NCBI GenBank assembly: GCA_965261345.1
Contig: OZ253449.1
Coordinates: forward strand, 1,888,001 to 1,952,000
Length of the DNA: 64,000 nt
Reading direction: 5' to 3'
Source: Chloroflexota bacterium
Lineage (GTDB): Bacteria > Chloroflexota > UBA11872 > VXNJ01
Numbering within the stretch: position 1 is the stretch's first letter; each line of letters begins with the position of its first letter. The position numbers and the translations under genes were made by a program. Under the pieces are notes generated by a model. It was given only the letters and a program-made list of their open reading frames with translations. It was not told the DNA's origin and made no database searches. Below, piece after piece: positions 11,169 through 21,795 of this stretch.

Positions 11169-12114
11169 TGGGCGCGCGCGGCGCGGCTTTGGGCTTTCGA
11201 TCGGCAATCGCCTTCTCGACCGGTTCGACCAGCGAGTGCCGCAGGAAATCGGAAATCTTAGCCAGGTATTCGTCGCGCAGGAGGTGAAAACCCTCGACGT
11301 GATCGGCGTGTTCAATTACCCAAAGGTGCTTGTCCTTAGAGGAGGCCGCCTTGAAAAGCTTTTGGGTGCTCTCGGCACTCACGATCGAATCACGCCCGCT
11401 CTGGACGACCATCAGCGGAACCGATTTCATCAATCCGGCAATTTCCACCGGCCGGACGTGATCCATGCGGTGCCCAACTAAGCGCTGGCCCAGCCAAACG
11501 ACCGACCCCACGAAAAGCCATGGCGGCAAGCCGGTGATCCGCTTGAAAGCCCGGCCCACGTTTTCGCGGAGTAGCCCAAAGGGGCTGTCGGCGATGACCG
11601 CCTCCAGGCGGTCATCGAGCGCGGCGGCCATGACCGCCACCGATCCGCCCATCGAATTTCCCCAAACCGCCAGGCGTCCGAATTTGGGGCGGGCAGCGGC
11701 CCAGTCGACCACTCCCAGCAGGTCCAGCATCTCGCGATAACCCATGGTGGTCGTGTTGCCCTCGCTCTCGCCATGCCCAGAAAAATCAAACAGCACCACA
11801 CCATAGCCAAGCTTGCGCAGCTCCGTGCAGCGTGGGACCATCTCCTTGTGGTTGGTCCACACCCCGTGGCAGAGAATCACCGTCGCCGGCAGGCTGGCGG
11901 GTTCCAGCACCCAAGCGGTAAGAATCATTCCGGTCCGGCTACTTAACGCCACGCGCCGCATCCCGACCAGCGAATGGTCCGTATCGGGATTGAAATTCTT
12001 GGGCAGGTGACGGGGATTGGGGTGGGTCAGCTGCCAGGCGGTGCGGGCCACGATAAGCGCCCAGATGCCGATGCCAATTGCCGCCACTGTGGCAATGATC
12101 ACCCAAATGCTCAA
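11107..12114 (-). CDS. Membrane-anchored alpha/beta hydrolase
   Basis: N-terminal TM helix; HG oxyanion motif, GHGESEG, GNSMGG nucleophile, downstream Asp and His. Confidence 0.88.
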   Translation of the reverse strand: MSIWVIIATVAAIGIGIWALIVARTAWQLTHPNPRHLPKNFNPDTDHSLVGMRRVALSSRTGMILTAWVLEPASLPATVILCHGVWTNHKEMVPRCTELRKLGYGVVLFDFSGHGESEGNTTTMGYREMLDLLGVVDWAAARPKFGRLAVWGNSMGGSVAVMAAALDDRLEAVIADSPFGLLRENVGRAFKRITGLPPWLFVGSVVWLGQRLVGHRMDHVRPVEIAGLMKSVPLMVVQSGRDSIVSAESTQKLFKAASSKDKHLWVIEHADHVEGFHLLRDEYLAKISDFLRHSLVEPVEKAIADRKPKAAPRAPTSGEPSDAPVPRQSRPKSDS

Positions 12115-12117
12115 GGT

Positions 12118-12927
12118 CTAGCGGCTCCGGTCGGGCCGAGCGGCGTCGGCCAGCTGAGCGACAAAGCGGCGGGCCCGGTCAAGCCGCTCTGCCGGGTCGG
12201 GCAAGGAGCAAATTTGAATGAATGCGGAGCCAACAATTACGCCATCTACTTTCCCGCTTAAGTTTGCCACGTGCGCGGGCGTGGAGATTCCAAACCCCAC
12301 CGTCAGCGGCCGGTCAGTCAAGTCGCGGGCCCGGGCCAGGAACTGGTCTAGTCCTCCCTCCATGTCGGTGCGGGCTCCGGTTACCCCGGTCAATGCCACG
12401 CAGTAGATGAACCCCGATCCGTTGGCAACCACCCAGCGAGCACGCTCCGGATCGGTGGTCGGGGCCAGAAACTGGACCAGCGCCAATCCCCGTTCGGCCA
12501 GCGCACCGGCCAGCGGTCCCGATTCCTCGGCCGGCAGGTCGGCCACTATCAATCCATCCACCCCGCTGGCCTCGGCGTGCTCGGCCAGGGCATTGAATCC
12601 GTAGGCCAAAAACGGGTTGGCGTATCCCATAAGCAGAATACCGGCCTCGGACTGGGAGCGCAGTCGTGCGGCGAATATTAAGCAGTCGTGCGGCGTGACC
12701 CCGTTCTCTAAGGCCACCTGCGAGGAATGCTGGATGGTCGGGCCCTCGGCGATCGGATCGGAGAAAGGGACTCCCAATTCGAGCACGTCGGCCCCGGCGG
12801 CGAGTGCAGCTTGGGCCAGCTCGAAGGATTCAGACAGTGATGGGTAGCCGATGGTCAAAAAAATGTTGAGCACCAGGCGGCCATCGGTGCGCGCACACCG
12901 ATAGATGCGATCGAGCCGCGATGCCAT
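12118..12927 (-). CDS. trpA: Tryptophan synthase alpha chain
   Basis: ELGVPFSDPIAEGPTIQ, GVTGAR, GFGIS, VGSA. Confidence 0.97.
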   Translation of the reverse strand: MASRLDRIYRCARTDGRLVLNIFLTIGYPSLSESFELAQAALAAGADVLELGVPFSDPIAEGPTIQHSSQVALENGVTPHDCLIFAARLRSQSEAGILLMGYANPFLAYGFNALAEHAEASGVDGLIVADLPAEESGPLAGALAERGLALVQFLAPTTDPERARWVVANGSGFIYCVALTGVTGARTDMEGGLDQFLARARDLTDRPLTVGFGISTPAHVANLSGKVDGVIVGSAFIQICSLPDPAERLDRARRFVAQLADAARPDRSR

Positions 12928-12933
12928 CCCGGG

Positions 12934-14142
12934 CTACACCGCGCCGCTGGCGGCGATTGTTTCCATGTCCTTGTCGCCGCGCCCGGACAGGTTGACCACG
13001 ATCGACTGGTGCGATCCCATTCGACCGGCCAGCTGCTGGGCATAGGCAACGGCGTGGGCCGACTCGAGCGCCGGAATAATTCCTTCGGTGCGAGCCAGGT
13101 CAATTACCGCCGCGAGCGCATCCTGGTCGCCGATCGATACGTAGCGAGCCCGCCCGCTGCTGGCCAAATTGGCGTGCTCGGGACCAACTCCAGGGTAATC
13201 GAGTCCGGCCGAGATGCTATGGGCCGGCGCCACCTGGCCATTGGCGTCCTGGAGGACGTAGGTGCGGGCGCCGTGCAGTACACCCGTACGACCGAAGGAG
13301 ATCGTGGCCGCGTGTTCTCCCAGGCCGCTCCCACGGCCACCCGCCTCCACACCGAACAGCTGGACCGAGCGGGCGTCGAGGAATTCATGGAAAAGCCCCA
13401 TTGCGTTGGAACCGCCGCCGACGCAGGCCACGAGGGCGTCCGGGGTCCCGCCGACCTCGGCGGCGAACTGGACCCGGGTCTCTGCGCCGATGATCGACTG
13501 GAAGTCGCGAATCATCATCGGATAGGGATGCGGACCGGCGACCGAGCCGAGCAGGTAATAGGTATCGGCAACGTTGGTCACCCAATCGCGGATCGCCTCG
13601 TTGATGGCATCCTTTAAGGTTTTGCTGCCGGCCTCGACCGGTATGACCTTGGCCCCCAGAACCTGCATGCGGACCACGTTCAGATGTTGCCGGACCACAT
13701 CCAGCGACCCCATGTAGATCACGCATTCTTGTTCGAGCAGAGCGCAGACGGTGGCGGCCGCCACACCGTGCTGACCGGCCCCGGTCTCGGCCACGATCCG
13801 CGGCTTTCCCATTCTTCGGGCCAGCAGCCCCTGCCCTAAGGCAGCGTTGATCTTGTGGGCACCGGTATGAGCTAAGTCCTCGCGTTTTAGAAATATTCGG
13901 GCGCCGCCGGACAGGGCGCTGAGGCGGCGGGCTTCATACAGCGGGGTGGGGCGACCTACGTAGGACTTCAGATAGGCGGCCAGCTCGCCGGCGAACTCCG
14001 CGTCGCCCTGGATTTTCTGGTACGCCGCGGTCAATTCATGTACTGCCGGCATCAGCGTCTCGGGCATGAAGGTCCCTCCCCATTGGCCGAAATGGCCACC
14101 ACCGTCGGGCAGGCCGCGCAGGGGCGGATTAGCGGAGTTCAA
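12934..14142 (-). CDS. trpB: Tryptophan synthase beta chain
   Basis: [11 protein letters not shown] lysine, [31 protein letters not shown]. Confidence 0.98.
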   Translation of the reverse strand: MNSANPPLRGLPDGGGHFGQWGGTFMPETLMPAVHELTAAYQKIQGDAEFAGELAAYLKSYVGRPTPLYEARRLSALSGGARIFLKREDLAHTGAHKINAALGQGLLARRMGKPRIVAETGAGQHGVAAATVCALLEQECVIYMGSLDVVRQHLNVVRMQVLGAKVIPVEAGSKTLKDAINEAIRDWVTNVADTYYLLGSVAGPHPYPMMIRDFQSIIGAETRVQFAAEVGGTPDALVACVGGGSNAMGLFHEFLDARSVQLFGVEAGGRGSGLGEHAATISFGRTGVLHGARTYVLQDANGQVAPAHSISAGLDYPGVGPEHANLASSGRARYVSIGDQDALAAVIDLARTEGIIPALESAHAVAYAQQLAGRMGSHQSIVVNLSGRGDKDMETIAASGAV

Positions 14143-15509
14143 CTTGATGCCGCGGCCCGTTTGGCATTGCTGATGAAGCGGGCGATCTTGGCTTGATCCT
14201 TGGACCCGTTGGTCTCCACACCGGACGAAACGTCCACGCCAAACGGCCTGAGCCGCACAACCAGGTCGCCTACGTTCTGGGGATCCAGGCCGCCGGCAAT
14301 GAGGAAATTGCGCCCGCCGGCAGCGCGTACCGCGGACGAATGATTCCAGGCCCGGCCGGACCCGCCGCCGGCGGGCGAATCGATGTGGATCAGGCCGGCC
14401 GGGAGGGGATTCGGATCGGGCTGCAATCTGCCGTCGGCAATGCTGAACGAGGGAATTACGCGCTCAAAAATCTGCGGCGGCGGGGGCGTGGACAAATCAT
14501 GCGCCTGGATGAAATCAGCCCCAGTGGCCGCCAGCGCAGCCTCCATTTCGGCTCCGCTGGGCGCAACCATTACGACTACCGACTGGGATTTCCCGGTGGC
14601 CGCAAAAATCTCCCGAGCGAGCTCTGGGCTGACCCGCCGTCGCGAGGGGGCAAGTATTGCCCCCACGTAATCGGCCCCGGCCCCGGCGGCGGCGGCGGCG
14701 GCGTCGGGATCGCTGATCCCGCATATCTTCACCCGCGGCCGCGGCGGACCGATCAGCGCCGCCATCGCGTCGATGTCGCCGCTGATGCGGGCGAGGGTCT
14801 CCCCGACCAGCGCGGCGTCCGCCCCGCAGGCTGCCAAACGGGCCAGATCGGTCCCATCCTTAACCCCGCTCTCTCCGACCACAAGGGCCCGGCCGAGCGC
14901 CAGCGGGGCCAGCTCTTCGGTGGTTGCCAGATCGGTCGCAAAGGTCGAAAGGTCGCGGTTGTTGATACCGATCAGGCCGGCGCCGACCGCCAGCGCGCGC
15001 TCCAATTCACTACGGTCATGGACCTCGACCAGAGCGTCAATCCCCACCTCGGCGGCGGCGGCAAGAAGCGGCCGGGGATCATCGATCGCCGCCATGATGA
15101 CCAGTACCGCATCAGCCCCGAGGGCGCGCGCTTCGAAGATCTGCCAAGGGTCTACCACGAAATCCTTGCGCAGCACCGGCAGGTCGCAGGCGGCCCGGGC
15201 GGAGACCAGGTCGTGGTCGCTGCCGCCGAAGAAACGCCGATCGGTTAGCACCGACAGACAGGCGGCGCCGGCGGCCTGGTAATTGGCTGCGACCAGCGCT
15301 GAGTCCAAATCGGCGATTTTTCCGGCCGACGGTGAGGCCCGCTTGAATTCGGCGATCACCGACAGTCCGGGCCGGGCCAGGGCCCTGGCAAATCCACGCG
15401 GCGGCGGTGCGGAGAGGGCGTCCTGGCGGACTTGCGCCAGCGGCCGTCTATCTGCCCGTGCCTTGACCTCGGTGCGCTTGTGGGCCAGGATTTTTGAAAG
15501 GATATTCAC
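14139..15509 (-). CDS. trpCF: Fused indole-3-glycerol-phosphate synthase / phosphoribosylanthranilate isomerase
   Basis: TrpC motifs [21 protein letters not shown], then in frame TrpF motifs VKICGI, GGSG, AGGL, DVSSGVE. Confidence 0.93.
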   Translation of the reverse strand: MNILSKILAHKRTEVKARADRRPLAQVRQDALSAPPPRGFARALARPGLSVIAEFKRASPSAGKIADLDSALVAANYQAAGAACLSVLTDRRFFGGSDHDLVSARAACDLPVLRKDFVVDPWQIFEARALGADAVLVIMAAIDDPRPLLAAAAEVGIDALVEVHDRSELERALAVGAGLIGINNRDLSTFATDLATTEELAPLALGRALVVGESGVKDGTDLARLAACGADAALVGETLARISGDIDAMAALIGPPRPRVKICGISDPDAAAAAAGAGADYVGAILAPSRRRVSPELAREIFAATGKSQSVVVMVAPSGAEMEAALAATGADFIQAHDLSTPPPPQIFERVIPSFSIADGRLQPDPNPLPAGLIHIDSPAGGGSGRAWNHSSAVRAAGGRNFLIAGGLDPQNVGDLVVRLRPFGVDVSSGVETNGSKDQAKIARFISNAKRAAASS

Positions 15510-15545
15510 TGGGGATTAAAGGATCGTGGAGCCGGTCGAGGGTCG

Positions 15546-16555
15546 TTAGGCGGTGCGGGTGGCGGCTATGAACCGGTCCAGGGTGGACCGCGCCCGCCCG
15601 CTGTCCACCGAATCGGCGGCGATCTCGAGTGCGCCCGCCAACTCGTCGGCACGGCCGCCGGCAACCAGGGCGGCGGCGGCATTGAGGAGGACAAAGTCGC
15701 GGGCCGGACCGGCGCGTCCGGAGAGCACGCTGGTGATGATTCTGGCGTTATGGGCGGGATCCCCGCCGCCGACTGTTTCGAGCGGATGTTCGGCCAAACC
15801 GAAATCGGCCGGGCGAACCGTGCGCCGCGTTATCTGGCCGTCTTCTACCTGCAGGACCAGCGAGGGACCGGCGATCGAGATCTCGTCAAGCCCCTCTAAC
15901 CCGCAGACCACCAGCGCCCGCCGCGATCCCAACCGCAACAGCGCCCCGGCCACCAGGTCGGCCAGATCGCGCCGCGCGACCCCGAGCACCTGCCGCTTGG
16001 CGGCGGCCGGGTTGGTAAGCGGACCGAGGATGTTAAAGACGGTCCGAATGGGAAGCTGGGCGCGCAGCGGGCCGGCAAATTTCATCGCTGGATGGAACGA
16101 CTGGGCAAACATGAAGCCGATCCCGGATTGGGCAATGCAAGATTTGACCTGCTGCGGGGTGAGCGTGATACGGGCGCCGAGAGCCTCGAGCACGTCGGCC
16201 GATCCGGCGGCCGACGAGGCGGCGCGATTGCCGTGTTTGGCCACCACCACCCCGGCCCCGGCGGTCACGAAAGCGGCGGCGGTTGAGACGTTGAAGGTGT
16301 TCTTGCCGTCGCCCCCGGTGCCACAGGTGTCGACATGGTCGTCCCCCTCCAGCTCCAGGGTCAGGGCCGCGCACCGCATCGAGTCGGCCATCCCGGCCAA
16401 CTCGTCGGCGGTCTCCCCCTTGAGCGTTAAGGCAGTCATGAAGGCGCCGAACTGGGCTGGCTGACATTGTCCGGTCATGATTTGGTCCATGACCGCCCGC
16501 GCCTGGTCGAAGGTTAGATCGCGGCCTGCGAATACGCTTTCCAGCGCGGCGCCGA

Positions 16556-16559
<4 letters not shown>
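15546..16559 (-). CDS. trpD: Anthranilate phosphoribosyltransferase
   Basis: DTCGTGGDG, NVST, KHGNR, FNILGPLTNP, GLDE. Confidence 0.97.
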
Positions 16560-17136
<577 letters not shown>

Positions 17137-17140
<4 letters not shown>

Positions 17141-18636
17141 TGGTATCTGCCCTGAGCGCGAGCGATGGCCGTCAGCAGCGCCGCCGCCTTGTCCTGGGTT
17201 TCGTTGAATTCGTAGTCGGGGTCCGAATCGGCCACTACCCCGCCGCCGGCCTGCACGTAGCCCCAATCGTTATGGGCCACCATCGTGCGGATGGCGATCG
17301 CTGCATCCAGGTCGCCCGAATAGGCGATGTAGCCGACCGCACCGCCGTAAACTCCGCGCCGAGTGGGTTCGAGTTCATCGATTATTTCCATCGCCCGGAT
17401 CTTGGGGGCTCCTGACAGGGTGCCGGCCGGAAAGCAGGAGCGCAGGGCGTCGACCGGTTTCCGGCCGGGGGCCAGCTTGCCGTCTACGTGCGAGACCAAG
17501 TGCATCACGTGTGAGAAGCGGTCGACCTCCAGGAGGCGCGAGACGTGTACCGAACCGCCCTCGGCCACCCGCCCGATATCGTTACGCCCCAGATCTACCA
17601 GCATCACGTGTTCGGCAACTTCCTTAGCATCGGCCCGCAAATCGGCCGCTATCTGATCATCGCTGGCGGCATCTTTCCCGCGCCAGCGAGTGCCGGCCAC
17701 CGGCACCGAGCGGATCTGGCCGTCATTTACCCTGACCAGCATTTCCGGCGAGGCGCCGCAGATGTGAATCTGCGGTAGCTGTAGGAAATACATGTAGGGC
17801 GAGGGATTGAGTTGTCGCAGATGACGATAGACGGCAAACGGGTGCACGCCCAGGCGCTGCCTCATTCGCAGCGACGGGACCACCTGAATGATGTCGCCGG
17901 CGGCGATATATTCCTTGGCCGCCCGCACGACCCGGGTGTACCGGTCGCGCGACATATTGAATTGGATTTCGCTGTCGGGCGGGCCCGGCGGTGGATCGCC
18001 CGGCGCCCGGTAAGGCTTTTGCAGTTGAGCCGCCAGCTCGTCGATCCGACGGCCGGCCGACTGGTAGGCGATCTGCTGATCGGGTCCGGGCCGGGCTAGC
18101 GAAACCAACTTAAGGGTGCGCGCTAAGTTGTCAAAAATGACGAACGAGTCCACCATCATCAGGCCGATATCGGGCACCGCCAGGTCGTCGCGACGGGTGT
18201 GCGGAAGGACTTCAAAGCTCTCGACGGTCTCGTAGCCCAGATAGCCGACCGCCCCGCCCTGGAAGGCCGGCAACTCGGGCAGCTGAACGGCGTTGACGAC
18301 GGCGAGCTCGGCGGCTATGAATTCAAGCGGATCGCGGTAGGCGACCCGCCGCCGCTCGCCGGCGCGGTCGATTAGTTCGGCCTGGCCCTGGTGCATCGTG
18401 ATGAGCTGGTAGGGATCTGATCCGACAAAACTGTAGCGTCCGACCGAATCATCGTGCTCGGCGCTCTCGAGCAGGAACGCGGGTTTATCGCCAGCCAGCT
18501 TCAAGTAGGCCGAAACCGGCGTCTCCAGGTCGGCTAGGAATTCGCGATAGAGCGGGACCGCCCGCCCGGCCGACAGATGGGCCAATGCCGTCTGCTCACT
18601 CGGTCCGGCCGCGATCAATACGCCCGGGTTGTTCAT
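17137..18636 (-). CDS. trpE: Anthranilate synthase component I
   Basis: LLESA, NPSPYM, EHVMLVDLGRND, GAPKIRAM, AGGGVVADS; start placed at ATG 18636 after purine-rich AAGGACGAAGG (the longer ORF extends into the T-box leader). Confidence 0.95.
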
Positions 18637-18963
18637 CCTTCGTCCTTGCCGGTAATTCGGATTCATTGCCGGGACGAAAGGTTGGGCCTCGCGCGGTGCC
18701 ACCCAGCTTGGGTGGTGGGACACCACCCCGCTCTGCGTTATGTGGTACGGATCCGGGCAGCGCTCGCCGCCGGCGGGCCAATTCCGGACATATACCCTGT
18801 CCCGCTGACGGGGGACTAACCGTCGACGCCTACTTTGGCTATTGCCGGTTCGGGCCGCAGCTCCCGGGTCCATTCACCTGCACGCGCACCGCCGACATCG
18901 CACCGTCAATCGGCTCTCTCATCGCGCCCGCCAGCCAGGCTACTAGTCCCGCTCACAGCCTTT
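18637..18963 (-). ncRNA. T-box riboswitch (Trp specifier UGG) controlling the trp operon
   Basis: Minus strand shows Stem I motifs (GGCUGUGA, AGUAG, AGAGAG, GGUGCGA), specifier GAA-UGG-ACCC (UGG at 18872-18870), Stem II GAAC..AGUA, and T-box AAGCUGGGUGGCACCGCG (18709-18692) with its CGUCCC 3' partner. Confidence 0.93.
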
Positions 18964-18986
18964 GTTTGCTATTTGGTTGTCGCGAC

Positions 18987-18995
18987 ATTATCGCA
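18987..18995 (-). promoter_or_regulatory. Candidate extended -10 promoter for the T-box/trp transcript
   Basis: TGcGATAAT about 25 nt upstream of T-box Stem I. Confidence 0.5.
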
Positions 18996-19041
18996 ATCGC
19001 GCCGGGTCGCTAAAAGCGGCCGCCACCGAGTCGTTTTGCAG

Positions 19042-19680
19042 CTATTGCGATTCGTCGTCGGAAGGTATCAGGACAAACTGGCGGGGGTCGGCGGGCTGAG
19101 CCATCCGGCGCCGCAGGGTCGATATCTGCGACGACATTCCTTCCAGGTCGGTGATCGATTCGTATACGCTGGCGAACCTGACGAATGCGATCGACGAGAC
19201 CTCGCGCAACCTGGTCATGACCATCGAGCCGATTTCGACCGATTGGACCTCGCGCAGACCGCGGCGGGTGATGTCGACGACCACGTCGTCGACTAGGCGG
19301 TCGATCCGGGCCGTCGGAACCGGTAGCTTGGCGGTTGCCACCCGCACGCTGGCAACGATCTTGGACCGATCGAACCGCTCGCGCCGAAGGTCGCGTTTTA
19401 CCACCATCAGATCGCTGGTCTGGGCGTTCTCGCGGGTTTCAAAGCGCGCCCGACACCCCAGGCACTCGCGCTGCCGGATGGTAACGCCGCTCGATAGCTC
19501 GCGGGTACGGACCCGCGAATTTGGTGATTGACAGCTGGGGCAGATGAACTGTTCGACCCGCTCGAAGGTGGTAAAGCGCAAATTACAGGAATTGCAATGT
19601 CTCCGTCGCCGGGTCGTTTCGCCGGCCGGACGGCTGTCAACTACCTTCAGGTCAAGGCTTTGGCAATGTGGACACCACAC
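19042..19680 (-). CDS. nrdR: NrdR transcriptional repressor with tandem duplicated zinc ribbon
   Basis: CPHC..VVDSR..RRRRHCNSC..RFTTFE, second CPSC..IRQRECLGC..RFETRE, then ATP-cone VVKRD..FDRSK and AFVRFASVY; GTG at 19680 preceded by AAGGAG. Confidence 0.92.
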   Translation of the reverse strand: MWCPHCQSLDLKVVDSRPAGETTRRRRHCNSCNLRFTTFERVEQFICPSCQSPNSRVRTRELSSGVTIRQRECLGCRARFETRENAQTSDLMVVKRDLRRERFDRSKIVASVRVATAKLPVPTARIDRLVDDVVVDITRRGLREVQSVEIGSMVMTRLREVSSIAFVRFASVYESITDLEGMSSQISTLRRRMAQPADPRQFVLIPSDDESQ

Positions 19681-19897
19681 CCGCAGCTCCTTGCTCGGCA
19701 ATCTTTTTTTTGCAAACCTTGATTGCGAAAATGATTATTGCAGCTTGCTGGCACATTCTGTCGTGTGATTGACCACTCCGGGCGGAGGCCGACATTTCTT
19801 CCGGCAACGGTAGAGCGCGTTTGCGAGTAAGGGCATCGCGACCGCCGCGATCACCTGGGTGGTTGCGGGTTGGTGACCAACGGAATCGAATTGAGTC

Positions 19898-21139
19898 GTG
19901 ATGGCAACCACCCAAGCAGTCGAGGCCCCACTACCGCGACGAGCCGAATCGCGGCTCACCACCGGGATCCTTATTGCCCTGTCGGCATTGGCGCCGCTCT
20001 CAATCGACATGTTCCTTCCGTCGATTCCCCACATTACCGCCGAGTTTTCTGCCGATTCGGCCACGATCCGCCTTGCGGTGACCATGTTCCTGTTAATGGC
20101 AGCGGCCTCGGGATTACTGTTTGGGCCAATATCCGATCGCTTCGGCCGTCGCCCGGCGCTGATTGTTGGAATGTCCTTATACGTGCTCGGCGGGGTGCTG
20201 GCCTGGGTATCAGGGTCGGCCGAAATGCTGGTAGGAGCCCGGCTGATCCAGGGATTTGGCAGCGGTGCCAGCATGGCCATCGCGCGGGCGACGGTGATTG
20301 ACATCTACGGGCGCGACCGCGCCACCCGCATCATCGCAATCATGTCGGTCGTAATGGCGCTGGCGCCGATGCTGGCGCCAATTGCCGGGGGAATCTATCA
20401 GGAGACTCTCGGCTGGCGCTGGGTTTTTGCGACGCTGACGGTGATGGGCATCGGGCTGACCATCGCCTATTTCTTTCAGATCCCTGAAACCAATCGCCAC
20501 CCCGATCCCGACGCCCTCCGGATCCCGCAGATTGTGCGCAATTACGGCACCCTGATATCGCACCGTGCCTACGTCGTGCCGGTGGCGATCGTTTCGATCA
20601 GTTTCGCTGGCCACCTGGTGTTCATTTCGACATCGGCGTTGGTCTTGATCGACGAGGTCGGCATTTCGCCCGGGCTATACGGGCTGGCCTTCGGCCTGGT
20701 GTCGGCCGGGATCATGGTCGGCGGCGCCCTCAGCGGATTCCTGGTTGGCCGCGCCCGGCCCGAACGAGTTCTCTATTCCGGTATCTATATCGCGGTGCTG
20801 GGCTCCGTGGTCCAGGTGGTGCTCAACCTCCTGCTGGGCGTAAGCGGGCCGCTCCTCCTGGGGGCCTCAATCGTGGTTGTGCCGATGTTCATCACGGTCA
20901 TGGGCGGGGCGATCGCCCGGCCAGGGTTGACGGTGGCGGCGCTGACGCCGTTTCGCCGGATGGCTGGCCTGGCGGCCGCGGTGATGGGCTTTTCACAGAT
21001 GCTCATTTCCTCCCTATACGGAATCGCCTTTGCCGCCGTGTTCGAGCCGACCGGACTGACGATGGCCGCTGCGATCGCGTTTTCGAGCCTGTTGGTGCTG
21101 ATACTGGTAAAGGTTGCCGGGCGCGGAATTGTCCGCTAG
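19898..21139 (+). CDS. Bcr/CflA family MFS drug efflux transporter
   Basis: SIDMFLPSIP, GPISDRFGRRP motif A, about 12 hydrophobic segments, PET loop. Confidence 0.9.
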   Translation: MMATTQAVEAPLPRRAESRLTTGILIALSALAPLSIDMFLPSIPHITAEFSADSATIRLAVTMFLLMAAASGLLFGPISDRFGRRPALIVGMSLYVLGGVLAWVSGSAEMLVGARLIQGFGSGASMAIARATVIDIYGRDRATRIIAIMSVVMALAPMLAPIAGGIYQETLGWRWVFATLTVMGIGLTIAYFFQIPETNRHPDPDALRIPQIVRNYGTLISHRAYVVPVAIVSISFAGHLVFISTSALVLIDEVGISPGLYGLAFGLVSAGIMVGGALSGFLVGRARPERVLYSGIYIAVLGSVVQVVLNLLLGVSGPLLLGASIVVVPMFITVMGGAIARPGLTVAALTPFRRMAGLAAAVMGFSQMLISSLYGIAFAAVFEPTGLTMAAAIAFSSLLVLILVKVAGRGIVR

Positions 21140-21791
21140 GCCCCGACCCTGGATCGCGACCGCGCGCGCCACTCAGGAGCGATTGCGCCCCCAGCTGGAA
21201 ATTGCCCCACTGACGTCGCCACCACAGCTGGTTGCGGCCGCCGACGTTCACTTTATGCGCGGCAGCAAGCTAGCCTGCTGCGCCATCTGCGTTTTTGCGA
21301 TCGACTCGCTAGATCTGGTAGAGAGCGCCGTGGCGCGATTGGAAGTTGATGTCCCTTACCAACCGGGGTATCTCTCGTTCCGCGAGCTGGGCCCCATTGA
21401 AGCGGCATTTTCCGGTCTGGCGCGGCCCCCCGACGTTCTTTTGCTCGACGGGCACGGGCTGGCCCATCCGCGGGAATTTGGATTGGCCTGCCACGCCGGG
21501 GTGAGCCTGGATTTGCCCACGATCGGTTGCGCCAAGTCGGTCCTGTGCGGCACCAGCTGGCCGCTGGCCGACGAACACCTGGCGCAATCCGATCTCTGTA
21601 TGGGCCCCAAGGTCGTCGGGCGGGTGCTGCGTTCGCGGATTGGTGTAAAACCGCTGTACGTTTCGGTCGGCCACCGGATCACCCTGCCCGAGGCCACCGC
21701 GATCGTGGCCGGTTGTTTGGACGGCTTCCGCATACCGAAACCGCAACGGCTGGCCCACCGCATGGCCCGAGCCGCGGCCGGCCTGGGCTGA
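21114..21791 (+). CDS. nfi: Endonuclease V
   Basis: ADV, YQPGYLSFRE, DGHGLAHPR..GLACH, IGCAKS, YVSVGH. Confidence 0.93.
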   Translation: MPGAELSARPRPWIATARATQERLRPQLEIAPLTSPPQLVAAADVHFMRGSKLACCAICVFAIDSLDLVESAVARLEVDVPYQPGYLSFRELGPIEAAFSGLARPPDVLLLDGHGLAHPREFGLACHAGVSLDLPTIGCAKSVLCGTSWPLADEHLAQSDLCMGPKVVGRVLRSRIGVKPLYVSVGHRITLPEATAIVAGCLDGFRIPKPQRLAHRMARAAAGLG

Positions 21792-21795
21792 ACCG

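Noticed and set aside
14193-15248. 351-aa plus-strand ORF
   Set aside because: Antisense shadow of trpCF with no recognisable motifs; expected in high-GC DNA
15553-16464. 303-aa plus-strand ORF
   Set aside because: Antisense to trpD; Ala/Ser/Arg/Pro-rich shadow
17141-17266. N-terminal extension of trpG in the ORF track
   Set aside because: Lies within trpE; the ATG at 17140 gives the canonical MIVMIDNYDSF start
18637-18873. N-terminal extension of trpE or a possible Trp leader peptide
   Set aside because: The region is explained by the T-box RNA; no tandem-Trp leader peptide seen
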